Assembly: GCF_004010195.1 (NCBI RefSeq)
Contig: NC_057719.1
Span: 79,534,503 to 79,598,502 of the forward strand
Length of the DNA stretch: 64,000 nucleotides
DNA from: Chiloscyllium plagiosum
Taxonomy: Eukaryota
Reading direction: 5' to 3'
Shown: positions 46,740 to 59,100 of the stretch, piece by piece
How the letters are laid out: every line of letters starts with the position of its first letter
How positions within the stretch are numbered: position 1 is the stretch's first letter
Program-made: the position numbers and the translations under genes
Notes under the pieces: model-generated
Told to the model about the DNA's origin: nothing
Database searches by the model: none
The model's input: the letters and a program-made list of their open reading frames with translations, nothing else

Positions 46740-47056
46740 AAGAATGGTGGCTCAGTGGTTAGCACTGCTGCCACACGGTGCCACGGACCCAGGTTCAATA
46801 CCACTCTCGGGCGACTGTCTGTGTCGATTTCCTCCAGGTGCTGTGGTTTCCTCCCACAGTCCAAAGATGTGCGGGTTAGGTGAACTGGCCATGCTTAAAT
46901 TGCTCATAGTGACCAGTATGAGCCGGCTAGGTGGATTAGCTGTGGGAAATGCAAGATTAAGGAGAAGTAGGATGGGTCTGTGTAGGATGCTCTTCAGAGG
47001 ACCAGTATGGATTCGATGGGATGAATGGCCTGCTTCCACTCTGTAGGGATTCTATG
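46740..47056 (+). mobile_element. HE1-type SINE
   Basis: ggtggctcagtggttagcactgctg..ggttcaatacc. Confidence 0.85.
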
Positions 47057-48267
47057 GTACTGTGTAAGCTGACTCCAAACATTTCAAACCTGGAAAGTTG
47101 TGGGAATAGCATGGAAGCACCGAACAGTTGGGTGTTTTTCCGGAAGCGTGCAAATAATGAGGGGTGATGTTATTGGTTGATTGGTTAAAACGGAACCTTG
47201 GAAAGTGATATTATCAGGATAGTGTGACCTGAGGGGGAGAGGGAGTTTGTATGAGTATATCTTGCTCATTGTAATTGCACCCATGAAACTCAGAATCAGA
47301 TGCTATTATCAGGTAGGGCTTTTAACTTATCCCTTTGTATATAAAGTACAGTATACTGTGGAACATAAGCTGAACATTGTTGTGGTTGTGTAACATTTAT
47401 TGTGCTGATGATTTAATGTGAAATTCATCTCATTACTTGAAGTACAATATGCATTTAAATTTACGTTTAAGTTGTTTGGTTCCAAGCCATGCTAAGGTAA
47501 AAGCTGTCAAAAAAGTTGAATCTCATTGGTGATTTCTTCATCGGGAACAATTCAGCACATGTGGTTATATTGGTTTTTGGTTCCCGGAGTGGTATATATA
47601 AATGCAAGCTGTTGTTATCTTCAGGCATGATGATAGATTCTCTAACCCCGGCTGTGGTTTGGCTTGTGGATGAATCACCCTTTGTGTGTAGGCATGAACA
47701 TGAGAGCTGTCAGTAACTAATACAGATCAGAGCCCTATTGGAAAATGTTCTCAGACACTGGGCTATCTCTTTGACTCTAAATAAACCTCCCCAGATGATT
47801 TAAATCTTCAATGATGCCTACAATGCTTCATAGTCGTACAGCCAAGGAAGTTTCCTGGCATGTTACCCTGTGCATGCTGATTTCACGAATACAATGGCCC
47901 TTAGGACATCTGGATGGGTGGGGTGGGGAAGGGGAGAAGTTGGCAGGAGAAGTAGGAGATTATCCCCAGTCTCCCTATCTCCTCAACTTCTTACAACCCT
48001 CAGCAATACCTCCACTCGCGCCTCTTGTGTATCTTCCGATTCCACTGTCCACCATTGGCTGCTGTTCCTTCAGCCACCTGGGCCCTAGCCCCTGGTATTG
48101 TGTCCCTGAATTCTCCTCCTCTCTACTGCACCAGGAACCTGGTTTTGATTCCACCCTCAGGCGACTGTCTGTGTGGAGTTTGCACACACTCCCATGTTTG
48201 AATAGGTTTCCTCCTGGTGCTCCAGTTTCCTTCCATAAGTCCAAAGATGTGCAGGTCAGGTGGATTG

Positions 48268-48404
48268 TTAAAAACAAGGACTGCTGATGCTGGAAACCAG
48301 ATTCTAGATTAGAGTGGTACTGGAAAAGCACAGCAGTTGAGGCAGCATCCGAGGAGCAGGAAAATCGACGTTTCGGGCAAAAGCCCTTCATCAGGAATAA
48401 AACT
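48268..48404 (-). mobile_element. Penelope-like terminal repeat, family A, inserted in HE1
   Basis: Direct repeat AGGT(C/T)AGGT(G/A)GATTG at 48253-48267 and 48405-48419. Confidence 0.85.
48367..48394 (-). ncRNA. Minimal hammerhead ribozyme core (intact)
   Basis: CTGATGA-A-GGGC TTTT GCCC-GAAA-C-GTC. Confidence 0.65.
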
Positions 48405-49619
48405 AGGTTAGGTAGATTGGCCAAGCTAAATCGCACATAGTGTCTAGGTGGATTAGCTATGGGAAATGCAGAGTTATAGGGGACGGGAGTTGGGTCTGGG
48501 TGGACTGTTGTCCGGAGGGTCAGTGTGGACTCGATGGGCCAAATGGCCTGCTTCCACGCTGTAGGGATTCCATGACTAATTAATTAAACATGATGTACTT
48601 TTGTGAAGCTCTATGACTACTGTGGCATTTGCCGTGACTGCCAGTACGTGGTCTGGGTTAGATGTGATTTGGGATGTTTGCTGTCATCAACTCTCCTTTG
48701 TTTATATTGTGTCTGTGGGTTATCTATTGGTCAGCGGGGGAGATTAAGCAATGGGAGAGTCTAAAACAGAAGAGACTCTTAGTTTAAAGGTGTCTTCTGT
48801 TCTAACAGCAATAAATGCAGCCACGTTCCTAGTCAGCCCTCATTACTAGGGATTCTTGGGAGATATACTGAATACATCAGTTCCATTGAAAGCCAGTTTA
48901 GAATTCCTGTCTCTACTCACACATGCGACACCATTAGATTAGGTGTGGCTAATGCATGATCTCTTCCACCAGCCATTACTTTACACAAGATTCCCACTCT
49001 GCCCTTTTAAAACCCTCCTTAATATTTTGGTCAGCCATCCTAAAATCTCTTGATGTATCTCGGGATGTTTTATCATAATAACACCTTCCATGTCCTGACA
49101 CATCCCGGGATAAGCAAAAAGAAAGGAGAAAATACTGACGAAGCAGGAAAGACATTGCAATGCTCCCCTGCAAGCTCTGAAGGGACCACAGTGACTGCTG
49201 ACCCTAGTCTCAATGGAGAACTACAGTCTGTAACTGCAGGTGCTAACTTGCATAAACCCACACGTCTCTATTTTTTTTTAAAGATTGTGGTCAACAGCAC
49301 TGCTCTCTCCTAACTCACCCCAGACAAAGAGAACCACGTACCATCTCAATTAATTCTATAATTACTTAACTTGCAAAGAAAAACACAGAAATTTATATCA
49401 TGTTCTCCACAATTTCAGGACATGCCAAAACACTTGAAGGTTGTCACTGTTGTAATTTAGGAAATGTGACAGCCAGTTTGCTCAGAACAAGCTCTCGTCA
49501 ACAGCTTTTAGTGATAATTATTGGCCAAGACATCATTTGCTGATAGCGCCCGTATTACGATCATATTCTCCTCAGAAAATAAATAGGCTCTTGGTTTGAA
49601 ATCAAATCTGAAAATTGTT

Positions 49620-50140
49620 TGCAGATCTGGTTGCCCAGTTATTGGAAGGATATCATTAAACTGGAGAGGGTACAGAATAGATTTACCAGGAAGTTGCCAG
49701 GAAGGGAAATTTAAGAGATAAAAATAGACTGGGAAAACGGGCTTTTTACACTGGAGCGCAGGAGGTGGAGGGGGTGACCTGATAGAGGTTTTTAAAACCA
49801 TTGGGGGTGGGGGGGGGGGGGCATAGATAAGGTGAAATGACAAGGGTCTTTTCTCTAGGGTGGGGAAGTGCAAAACTAAGGGATGTATTTTTAAGATGAG
49901 AGGAGGAAGATTTAAAAAGGACATGAGGGGCAACATTTTTACACAGAGAGTGTGGAATGAACTGTCAGAGGAAGTGATGGATACATGTACAGTTACAACA
50001 TTTAGAAAATGTTTGGATAAGTTCATGATTAGGAAAGGTTTGAAGTGAAATGTGCTGGCAGGTGGGACTGGTCCGTGGTCAGCATGGACTGGTTGGACTG
50101 AAGGGTCTGTTTCTATGCTGTATGACTCTATGACTCTATG
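49620..50140 (+). mobile_element. CR1 LINE, 3' fragment
   Basis: KDIIKLERVQNRFTR..FKKDMRGNIFTQRVWNELSEEV and the tail tatgactctatgactctatga. Confidence 0.85.
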
Positions 50141-52376
50141 AAAGACAGTAACTCCAACAGTACAACATACTCTCAGTGTTGCACTGGGAGTATCACTGGG
50201 CTTGACTCTGTGACTTGTCCTTACCCATTGATTCACAGGGTCAGTTTCCTTCTCCACTGGCAAATAGGATTTGGAAACTGTCAGCTTCAGTCCAAGGCTG
50301 ATCTCCATGCGATGATATCAGAGGGGGTCCTCATGCTTGTAGACTGACCTCAGATCAGAGGCTGCAGGCAGGCTAATTTCACACTCAGAACCCAGAGGTT
50401 CATGACAAACAGCAGAATGACAGATGCTGAAAGCACTTTCTTAAGGGGCTGAGATACAAGGGTGGGGGGGTTATGCAATCATTACATAAAGCTCTGGTTT
50501 GACCACATCTAGAGTACTGTGTATAGCACCTCAGAAAGGATATGTTGACTTTAATGGGGGACTGTAGCAAGGCTTCACCACCGTGAAGGAAGGGTTGAAC
50601 TGTGAAGACAGTTTACACAGGTAAGGCCTGAGTTCCTGAGTGAAGAGGTGACCTAATTGCACAAGATGATTAAAGGCAGTGATAGATTTGCTGTAGTGAA
50701 ACTGCTCCTTTCTGGTGAGGTCATGCAGAACAAGGTGGAATGATATAAACATTGAAGTATGCCTGAATCCCTCCACACAAAGGCTTGTGGAAAATTGAAA
50801 ACTGCTTTCCCAAAGAGTGCTGAGGCTGGGGTCAGTTAAAAATGTCAGAACTGAGGTCGGTAAATTGTTGTTAAAACAAGGGCTTTGAGGAAACAGTGGG
50901 TCGATGGAGTTGGGGTAGAACCGCAGAAAAGACCCCAGAGGCTGAATGGCCACCTGCAGGTTTGCCCTTGTGTACTGGGATATCCTCTTCACTGCTTCAA
51001 GTCAACAGAGAGATTCCTGCCATTGAAATGCTTCGAGGGGAGGGCGTTTGGAGTTGGACTTGGCCCTGGTGCTCTCAGTCCTGCATTTGCTTTTGCCGAC
51101 AGGACCCCCCTGAACAGCTCTCCTGGACGGTTATGTTCTTGCTGATAATTGAATGTTTGTTGCATTGCTTTGGGTGGGAATTCTCATCTAGAATGTAGTC
51201 AAATAAATTGCTCACAAGGCAGTGTGCTATGTTTATGGCTGCACATGCTTCCCTCCCAGTTATGCTCAAAATATTTTAAAAACTGGATTTTGTTTGCCCC
51301 AAAGTATCTGCATGCCTTCCTTTCGGTTGTGTAAGTTGCATGCTTCGCTACCTCTCTCCACCTCTCTCTCTCTCTCTCTCTCTGAGATCAGCTTCTTTGG
51401 TCATCTGCTCTACAAATCTCCTTATGGAGCTCAACCACATTTTGTCAAAGAAGCACCTGAAACATATGGTGTTACATAAATGTAATGCAGCGTAATGAGA
51501 ATGTGTACACTAAAGATCCGTGATAAGTATAAGATGATATAACACTGACATCAACAGTACGGAGAGCATGATTTATTATTTTTCTGTATTTTTGATTTAT
51601 ATTGAAATTGGAGAAGAATTGTTCTAAAAACAAGTCATTTCTGAAGGATTACCGCTGTTCTTTTGAAGCAAGGTATCTGACATTCACGGTGAGCACTGTT
51701 TACACAGCTTCTTGTTCAAACAGTAGTATTTTGGAGATGAGCTGGAACTGCAGGAAGTGTACAAATTAAGATTCAACTGGGAACTAGTAGCTGATTGGTC
51801 TGTGGGCTAGTGACCAACTATTGATGACAACAGTCCTCCGCCTGCCAACAAGTATATGATTGGTTCCCAGGTAACTAAACAGCTTGGGGCTGTGAGCAAG
51901 AGATTGAGAAGGTATCAGACCTGTGCTCGCTCAGAAGCTCCCCCTTTGCATTAAAAGCCACTTTAAGCCTGAGGAAAACCAGTATACTTTTACTTTCAGC
52001 AGTTGCTGTAGACTGTGACTTGTAATTAATGAGCCAGAGACCTTTCATACATGTGAATCAGCCCATGGCTCTTGCAAATGATTGAAAGCCTCTCAAGAAG
52101 GAAAACCAAGAAGCAACAGTCTGTGCAGCACAAGAACCATCTCAGAAGTTCCTGTGAACAGAGACCACTGAAATGCTTTTCCTCATTTTCCCTCCATTCA
52201 TAACACCTATATTTTTTTCCAGTCTGTGTCTGTCTGCATGCATATTTGTCAGGGAAAATTTATAAGGGAGTTAGAGTTACATTTAGTAGTATGCCAACTG
52301 TTCATAATTGTTTACCTGCAATAGAGTCAATTTAATTGAATGAGTAGTAATAGTTGTTAAGTACAAAAGTCTGGTC

Positions 52377-52593
52377 TGAAAATGTGTTGCTGGAACAGTG
52401 CAGCAGGTCAGACAGCATCCAGGGAACAGGAGAATCAACGTTTCGGGCATGAGCCCGAAGAAGGAATCCTGAAGAAGGGCTTATGCCCGAAACGTCGATT
52501 CCCCTGTTCCCTGGATGCTGCCTGACCTGCTGCACTGTTCCAGCAACACATTTTCAGCTCTGATCTCCAGCATCTGCAGACCTCACTTTCTCC
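52377..52593. mobile_element. Penelope-like family A asymmetric palindrome, young
   Basis: ~80-bp near-perfect inverted arms plus a 37-nt unpaired tail (52557-52593). Perfect 15-bp direct repeat TACAAAAGTCTGGTC at 52362-52376 and 52594-52608. Confidence 0.9.
52463..52502 (+). ncRNA. Complete minimal type I hammerhead ribozyme
   Basis: Stem I GGAATC/GATTCC, core CTGAAGA, extra A, stem II GGGC-TTAT-GCCC, GAAA, then ACGT palindrome and GTC triplet. Predicted cut is after 52496. Confidence 0.75.
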
Positions 52594-52769
52594 TACAAAA
52601 GTCTGGTCCATGCTTTCTGTCAACCTGGGTCTAAAAATCAAAAAAACTTGGGGGATTTAAAATCTTTAACTTTTGTGACAACCCCACGAATAGTGTGACT
52701 TGATTTCTAGTGCACTAACCCTGTGAGGGTAACAGCAGTCACATACTATCAAGACCATGGAGAAGAATG

Positions 52770-53073
52770 GGGTGGCACGGTGGCTCAGTGGTTAGCACTG
52801 CTGCCTCACAGCACCAGGACCTGGGTTCGATTCCAGCCTCAGGTGACTATCTGTGTGGACTTTGCGCATTCTTCCCGTGTCTGCGTGGGCTTCCTCCCAC
52901 AGTCCATTCATGTGCAGGCCAGGTAAATTGGCCATGCTAAGTTGCCCATTGTGTTAGGTGCATTAGTCAGAGGGAATGGACGAGGGTGGGTTACTCTTCG
53001 GAGGGTTGGTGTGGACTTGTTGGGCCGAAGGGCCTATTTCCATGCTGTCAGGAATCTAATAAAATATAATCTA
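52770..53073 (+). mobile_element. HE1-type SINE
   Basis: Full head, body and tail. Confidence 0.88.
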
Positions 53074-53112
53074 ATGAACATTGTTAATTAGATGTTGGTG
53101 CATTGTTCTGTG

Positions 53113-53416
53113 CTGCACGGTGGCTCAGTGGTTAGCACTGCTGCCTCACAGCACCAGGGTCCCAGGTTCAATTCCAGCCTCGGGTGACTGCCTGTGAGGA
53201 GTTTGCACATTTTCCCCTTGTCTCTGCATGGGTTTCCTCTGGTTGGTCCGGCTTCCTCCCACAGGCCAAAGATATGCAGGTCAGGTTGCTAAATTGCCCA
53301 TAGTGTTAGGTGCATTAGTCAGAGAGCAATGGGTCTGGGTGAGTTACTCTTTGGAGGGTCAGTGTGAACTGGCTGGGCCGAAGGGCCTGTTTCCATATTG
53401 TAAGGAATCTAATCTA
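53113..53416 (+). mobile_element. HE1-type SINE (tandem second copy)
   Basis: Full head, body and (aatct)n tail. Confidence 0.88.
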
Positions 53417-53449
53417 AGAACAACCTGTACTAGATATTACTAGAAGGAT

Positions 53450-54018
53450 ATTGCAGCTATATAGAAATTGGTGAAGCCATTGCTGGAAAACTGAATTCAA
53501 TACTGGTCTCACTACTATAGAAAGGATGTTGTGAAGCTTGAAAGAATTCAGAAAAGATTTACAAGGATGTTGCCAGGGTTGGACGATTTGAGCTATATGG
53601 AGAGGCTGAGTAGGCTGGGACTACTTTCCCTTGAATATTGGAGGCTGAAGGTTGACCTCATAAAATCATGAGCGACATGGAGAGGGTGAACAGTCAAGGT
53701 GTTTCCCCAAGGTAGGGGTGTCTAAAATTAGAGGTCAAAAGTTTAAGGTGAGAGTGGAAAAAATCAACAGGCACCTATTGAGTAATTATTTCACGCAGTG
53801 GATGGTGTGTGTATGGAATGAGCTGCCAGAGAAGGTGGTGGAAGCTGATACAATTCCAACATTTAAAAGACATCTGGATGGGTATATGAATAGGAAGGAT
53901 TTACAGGGATATGGGCCAAATGCTGGCAAATAGGATTAGATTAGGTTAGGATAGCTGTTTGGCAGGGACAAGCTGGACCAGAGGGTCTGTTTCCGTGCTG
54001 TTCATCTCAATACTCTGT
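53450..54018 (+). mobile_element. CR1/HER1 3' fragment
   Basis: RKDVVKLERIQKRFTRMLPG..VWNELPEKVVEA. Confidence 0.88.
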
Positions 54019-54837
54019 AAATGAAATAATTTGCTGGAAGTTCACTCTTACATAAGGCAGAGACCTTGTGCAGCAGACTAAGAGTGGAGATGTAGCACAG
54101 ATGATAGACCTCAGTAGCTCAAAGTTTATGGTGACTTAATGCACGAGAACTGATGAATTGAGAGTTATATCAATAAAGACAGATCAAACTGTCTTTATTG
54201 CAGGTGGGGTCAAACGTAATTTTCCAAAACCAAGGAGTGAACTCCAGTGATCTGAGATTGGAAGGAAGGTAACAAGGAATACATTTTTCACAAACTTTTC
54301 ACTCAACAATAAAAAGTAATCAATCATAGGCTTTTAAAAGCAGCAAGAGCTGGTCATTACTCAATTAGACAATTGTCAATTTTGAGAGTTCAACTAAAGC
54401 AGTAAGATTTCCCTGTTGTTCAGGCTGCATCTCATGAGATGTTGATCTCAGTCTTCACCCACCTTGAATTGAGTAAAAACAGGAAGCAAAACCCCATCAT
54501 GAAGAATGGATAGGAGAGATTTATAGGGTCAAAGGAAAAGCCTTATAATCACATTGGATGTACTGAGTGAGAGGCACCACTCCTTATTACATGTACATGA
54601 AGCCTAAACACCTTTGGAAGCACCTTGAAAGGAAAGGTTCTATGTTTAGACAGTGCCTTTTACAATTCCAGGACATCCCAAAGCACTCCACAGCCAACAA
54701 AGTATTTTAAAAGTGTAGAATCTGTTAACGTATGAGAAACATAACAAGCAATCTGTGCAGAATAAGATCTCATACCAAGTAACATAGCAGTGATGAGATA
54801 ATCTCTTGTGGGCTAAGGGATGAATATTAACCAGGAC

Positions 54838-55655
54838 ACCAGATCTGGACAATATCCAGGCTTGGGCTGACAAGTAGCAAGTAACATTCGTGCCACACAA
54901 ATGCCAGGCAATGGCTAACACCAATAAGAGACACTCTAGCCACCACCCCTTGACATTCAATAGTATAACCATCACTGAATCCCCCACTGTCAACATCCTT
55001 GGGGTTACCATTGACCAGAAACTCAACTAGACTCACCACATAAACACAGTGGCTACAAGAAAAGGTCAGAAACTAACGATACTATGGCATTAAACTCACC
55101 TCCTGATACCCCAAAGTCTATCCACCATCTAGTCAGGCGTGTGATGGAATACTCCCTACTTGCCTGGATGGGTGCAGCCCCAACAATCCTCAAGAAGCTT
55201 GACACCATCCAGGACAAAGCAATCTGCTTGATTGGCACTACATCTACAACATTAAATCCCTCCACCACTGGCGCTCAGTAGCAGCAGTGTGTACTGTTTA
55301 CAAGATGCACAGCAGAAATTCACTGAAGATCCTTAGACAGCACCTTCCAAACCCCTGACCACTTCTATCGAGAAGGACAAGGGCAGCAGGTACCTGGGAA
55401 CACCACCACCTGCAAGTTCCTGTCCAAGCCACTCACCGTCCTGACTTGGAAATATACCGTCGTTCCTTCACAGCCATTGAGTCAAAATCCTGGAATTCCC
55501 TCCCTACCGGCATTGTGAGTGAACTCATAGCAAGTGAACTGCAGCGATTCAAGAAGGCAGCTCACCACCACCACCTTCTCAAGGGCAAAGAGGGATGGGC
55601 TATCCATGTTGGCCAGCCAGCAACCCCCAAGTCCCACAAGTGGATTAAAAAAAAG
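54838..55655 (+). mobile_element. CR1/L2-clade LINE 3' portion inserted in a Deu-like SINE
   Basis: DLDNIQAWADK..NILGVTIDQKLN..VMEYSLLAW..LKKLDTIQDKA..SWNSLP. Flanks at 54650-54837 and 55660-55800 are SINE-like. Confidence 0.8.
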
Positions 55656-55904
55656 GAGACTTCCATATTATGCAAGAACTTTGACATCAACCAGAAGGTG
55701 CCTTGGTTTAACTCCTCATCTGAAAGAGGGAAACCTTTGACAGTGCACTGAGTTTTAGGCATGTGTTAAATGTTCAAGAATTTGACTAAGACTTGAAACC
55801 CATTGCTTCCTCACCTAGACACAAGAGCATGATCCACTTACTGAGACATGGCATAAGATCCCAAAATAATGAATAAACCTGTACTGAACCATACACTCCT
55901 TCTG

Positions 55905-57120
55905 CATATCAGATCCCTTGCAATTCACCTACCTTCCAACAGGTCCACCGCGGGCACCATCTTCCTGGTCCTACACTCATCCCTGGAACATCTAGATAAC
56001 AAAGATATCTATGTAGGCTCCTACATATTGTCTACAGCTCCACCTTCAACTCTATAATTCCAACCAAACTGATCTCCAAACTCCGAGACCCTAGGTTTCT
56101 GCTCTGCCCTCTGCAACTGGATCCTCTATTTCCTGACCCACAGGCTACAATCAGTGAGAATAGACAACAACATCACCTACACAATAATCCTCAATGCCAG
56201 CACCCTGCAAGGCTGCATACTCAGCTGCTTACTGTACTCCCTGTACACTCATGACTGTGCGGCCAAATTTTGTCCTAACTATCTATAAGTTTGTTGACAA
56301 CACCACTGTTGTAGGCCGGATCTCAAACAATGTCGAGACGGAATACAGGAAAGAAATGGCGTGCTTGATGGCAGCAATCTCTCACTCACCGTCAGCAAAA
56401 TGAAAGAGCTGGTCATTGACTTCAGGAAGCAAGGTGGAGGCATGCCCCAGTGTATATCAGTGGCGCTGAGGTGGAGGTGATCAAGAGCATCAAGTTCCTA
56501 GGAATGATGATCCCCAACAATCTGTCCTGGTCCACCCACGTTGATGCTAATGTCAAGAAAGCACAACACCTTGTCTTCCTTAGGAGGCTAAGGAAATTCA
56601 GTATGTCCATAAAGACTCGTACCAATTTTTATAGATGTACCATAGAAAGCATTCCATTTGGATGCATCATGCCTTCATAAGGCAGCTGCTATGCCCAGGA
56701 CCATAAGAAATGACAGAGAGTTGTGAACACAGCCCAGTCCATCACACAAGCCAAACGTCCAACCATCTATACTTTTCACTGCCTCAGGAAGGCAGCCGAC
56801 ATCATCAAAGGCCCCTCCCATCCCAGTTATAATCTCTTCCAACCTCTTCTATTGCGCAGAAGATACAAAAGCTTAAACACATGTACCAACAGATTCATGA
56901 ACAGCTTCTTCCCCGCTGTTATCAGGCTTCTGAGTGGATCTTTCAAATTTTTAATTTAATGTTGATCTCGCTCTTTGTGCATCTTCTCTGCAGCCATAAC
57001 ATTGTATTCTCGCTCTGTTCTATTACCCCAATGCACTTTGTGTGGTATGTTCTGCCTGCACTACACTGAAAGCAAAACATCACTGTACCTAGGTGACAGT
57101 AATAAATCGACTCAAATCAA
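55905..57120 (+). mobile_element. Rex1/Babar LINE, decayed RT to 3' end
   Basis: DPLQF..NRSTAGTIFLVLHSSLEHLDNKD..LCNWIL.FLT.R.QSV..KFVDNTTVVGRI..KFLG..LSWSTH..FLRRLRKF..RRYKSL.T.TNRFMNSFFP. Confidence 0.85.
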
Positions 57121-57852
57121 AAGATTAGCACTTATGTAACAGCATCTATCAGGTAACTATTTTTTCCCTCTGGCATAACAAGCTCTACAATTAACAGAGC
57201 TGGAGGCACAAGTTTAATTGAAAGCTCCATGTCGTGGTCAAGTCCACACTTTTCCAGAGCTGTGCATGCTTCAACATGTTTATATCTTTGATCCATTCAT
57301 TATTGTCCAAAACAGAACAGTCCTTGGCAATGAGCCCAACATGAGAGTGCCTGTGTGCTAGCATGGTATTGATAATTGCTAAATTGAAATAATTTTAAAT
57401 AGCTGGAAGGCAGGTGCCGTCCGTCTGAGCAAGTTACACAAAGTGGGTTTTGGGTGAGACTTATACAGTTTAAAACGATTGAGTTGGCCGGGGTATGGGA
57501 GAGACTTAGACACTAGGAGTTCATGGACAGGTAGAGGGAGAGAGACAGCACTTGGTCATACAGGCAGAGATAGGGATAGACAAACTTCGATATCGCATGT
57601 ACAAGGAGAAGGAGAGCGGGAGAGAGAAAGACTCCAGGATTATATTTTCAGAAGGGAGGCCTTGCTTTAGACCTAAGGATTGCCAAAAACATGACTAGCT
57701 CAATGTGAGATGGCCTTTATGCATGCAATAATGTTTCCCAAAACTGGTCCACAATGTGCCGGTTCTAAAGTCCATTGAAAGGGCACCAATCTATATTCAC
57801 TGAAATTAGACTTTATAGACATTTATCCACATCTATCCTCTTTCTACAAATG

Positions 57853-58067
57853 TTGAAGAGTGTGGTGCTAGAAAAGCACAGCCGGTCAGGCAGCGTTCGA
57901 GGAGCAGGAGAGTCGGCGTTTCAGGCATAAGCCCCTCATTCCTGATGAAGAGCTTATGCCCGAAACATCTACTCTCCTGGTCCTCGGATGCTGCCTGACC
58001 AGCTGTGCTTTTCCAGCGCCATGCTCTTTGACTCTAATCTCCAGCATCTGCGGTCCTTGCTTTCTCC
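57853..58067. mobile_element. Penelope-like family A asymmetric palindrome
   Basis: Inverted arms centred on gcataagcccctcattcctgatgaagagcttatgcccgaaac, with an extra tail on the right arm. Confidence 0.82.
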
Positions 58068-58639
58068 TAATACTAAAAACAGCCAATTGTTGTTTGCTCA
58101 GTGCCCCCTGCTACCAGTATTTCCACGCTCCACCTTCACAACCACCAACAGGCTGCACTGCAACGACTTATCGAGCTCACCACAACATCCTGCAAGGGCT
58201 GCTTTACAAGATCACATCCATCCTTTGATTCCACTACAAGTCGCATCTATCACCTACATTGCAAACACCCCACCCAGTGATACTGTGGAAGAATCTTCAC
58301 CACTCAGTCTCCAATAGTTCACAGAGGAGACCAGCACCAGGGCAGGACCAATAAACATTGACCTTCCCAGCCAACATATACCCTGAGAGTGAATATACTT
58401 CAAGCACTGGGTTGCCTCTTTATGCATCAGGAGTAACTATGTAAATGCTGCTGTTTACTGTTTTGTCCTGAATATTGTCAAGTATTACTGGGGCTATTCC
58501 CACCTGGATGAGTATAACAGCACAGTCCTGACTGAAGCCTTGAAGGCAGTGGGGAGGTTTTGAGGAGTTAGAATTGAGATATTTGTGGCAGAGCATCTAG
58601 CCTCTGACTTGCTCTTGTAATGACGTGTACAGTAATAGC

Positions 58640-59100
58640 AATTTGCATCTGTATTTTAACGTAGCAGAAATCCCAAGAAAATCTACAGGAGCTTAATCAA
58701 TAAAAACACTGACAACAAGAAATATTAGGACAGGTGACTAAGTGTGTTGAGAAGGTGGAAGAGCAAGTGGGGCATGGTCGTTTGGGAAGGAAATCTACAG
58801 CCTCAGCCTAGCTGGATCACTAATGATCATAGGAAGGAAGTGGGAGATGGTCACGAGGTGCTGTTGGAGGTTACAGAAGTGGGTGAGGCCACAGAAAGGT
58901 TGGAGCAGAGGGGTGAGTATTTCAAAATTAAGACTTGGGTGGACAGGATGCAATGTCGGCAGGCCAGCATTGTGATGATGGGCGAATGGAAATTGATGCA
59001 AATTAGGATACAAGCAATAGATTGTCAGTAGACTTAAGCTTCTTGACAATGGAGATCTCTGGGATGTTCGTGATGGGAACTCAGTAAGACTGATTAAAGA
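58640..59100 (-). mobile_element. Ancient L2-like remnant (similar at 21900-22230, 28830-29350, 34960-35300, 40090-40330, 60830-61200)
   Basis: Purine-rich gaggttacaga..gggtgaggcca..aggttgga..gagtatttcaaa pattern typical of antisense L2 3' regions. Confidence 0.45.

Larger units (their letters stand above)
48125..48575 (+). mobile_element. HE1-type SINE interrupted by a Penelope terminal repeat
   Basis: The SINE body is colinear across the 48268-48404 insertion. Confidence 0.8.
51470..52734. mobile_element. Probable solo LTR
   Basis: Termini TGTTAC (51470) and GTAACA (52729-52734) are perfect inverted TG..CA ends. Internal CCAAT-type motifs and ATTAAA are present. No matching TSD was seen. 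Confidence 0.35.

Noticed and set aside
52377..52593. DNA-transposon MITE or pre-miRNA interpretation of the palindrome
   Set aside because: The arms are asymmetric, TSDs are long and variable, and the same sequence occurs as solo units. This fits Penelope-type retrotransposition better.
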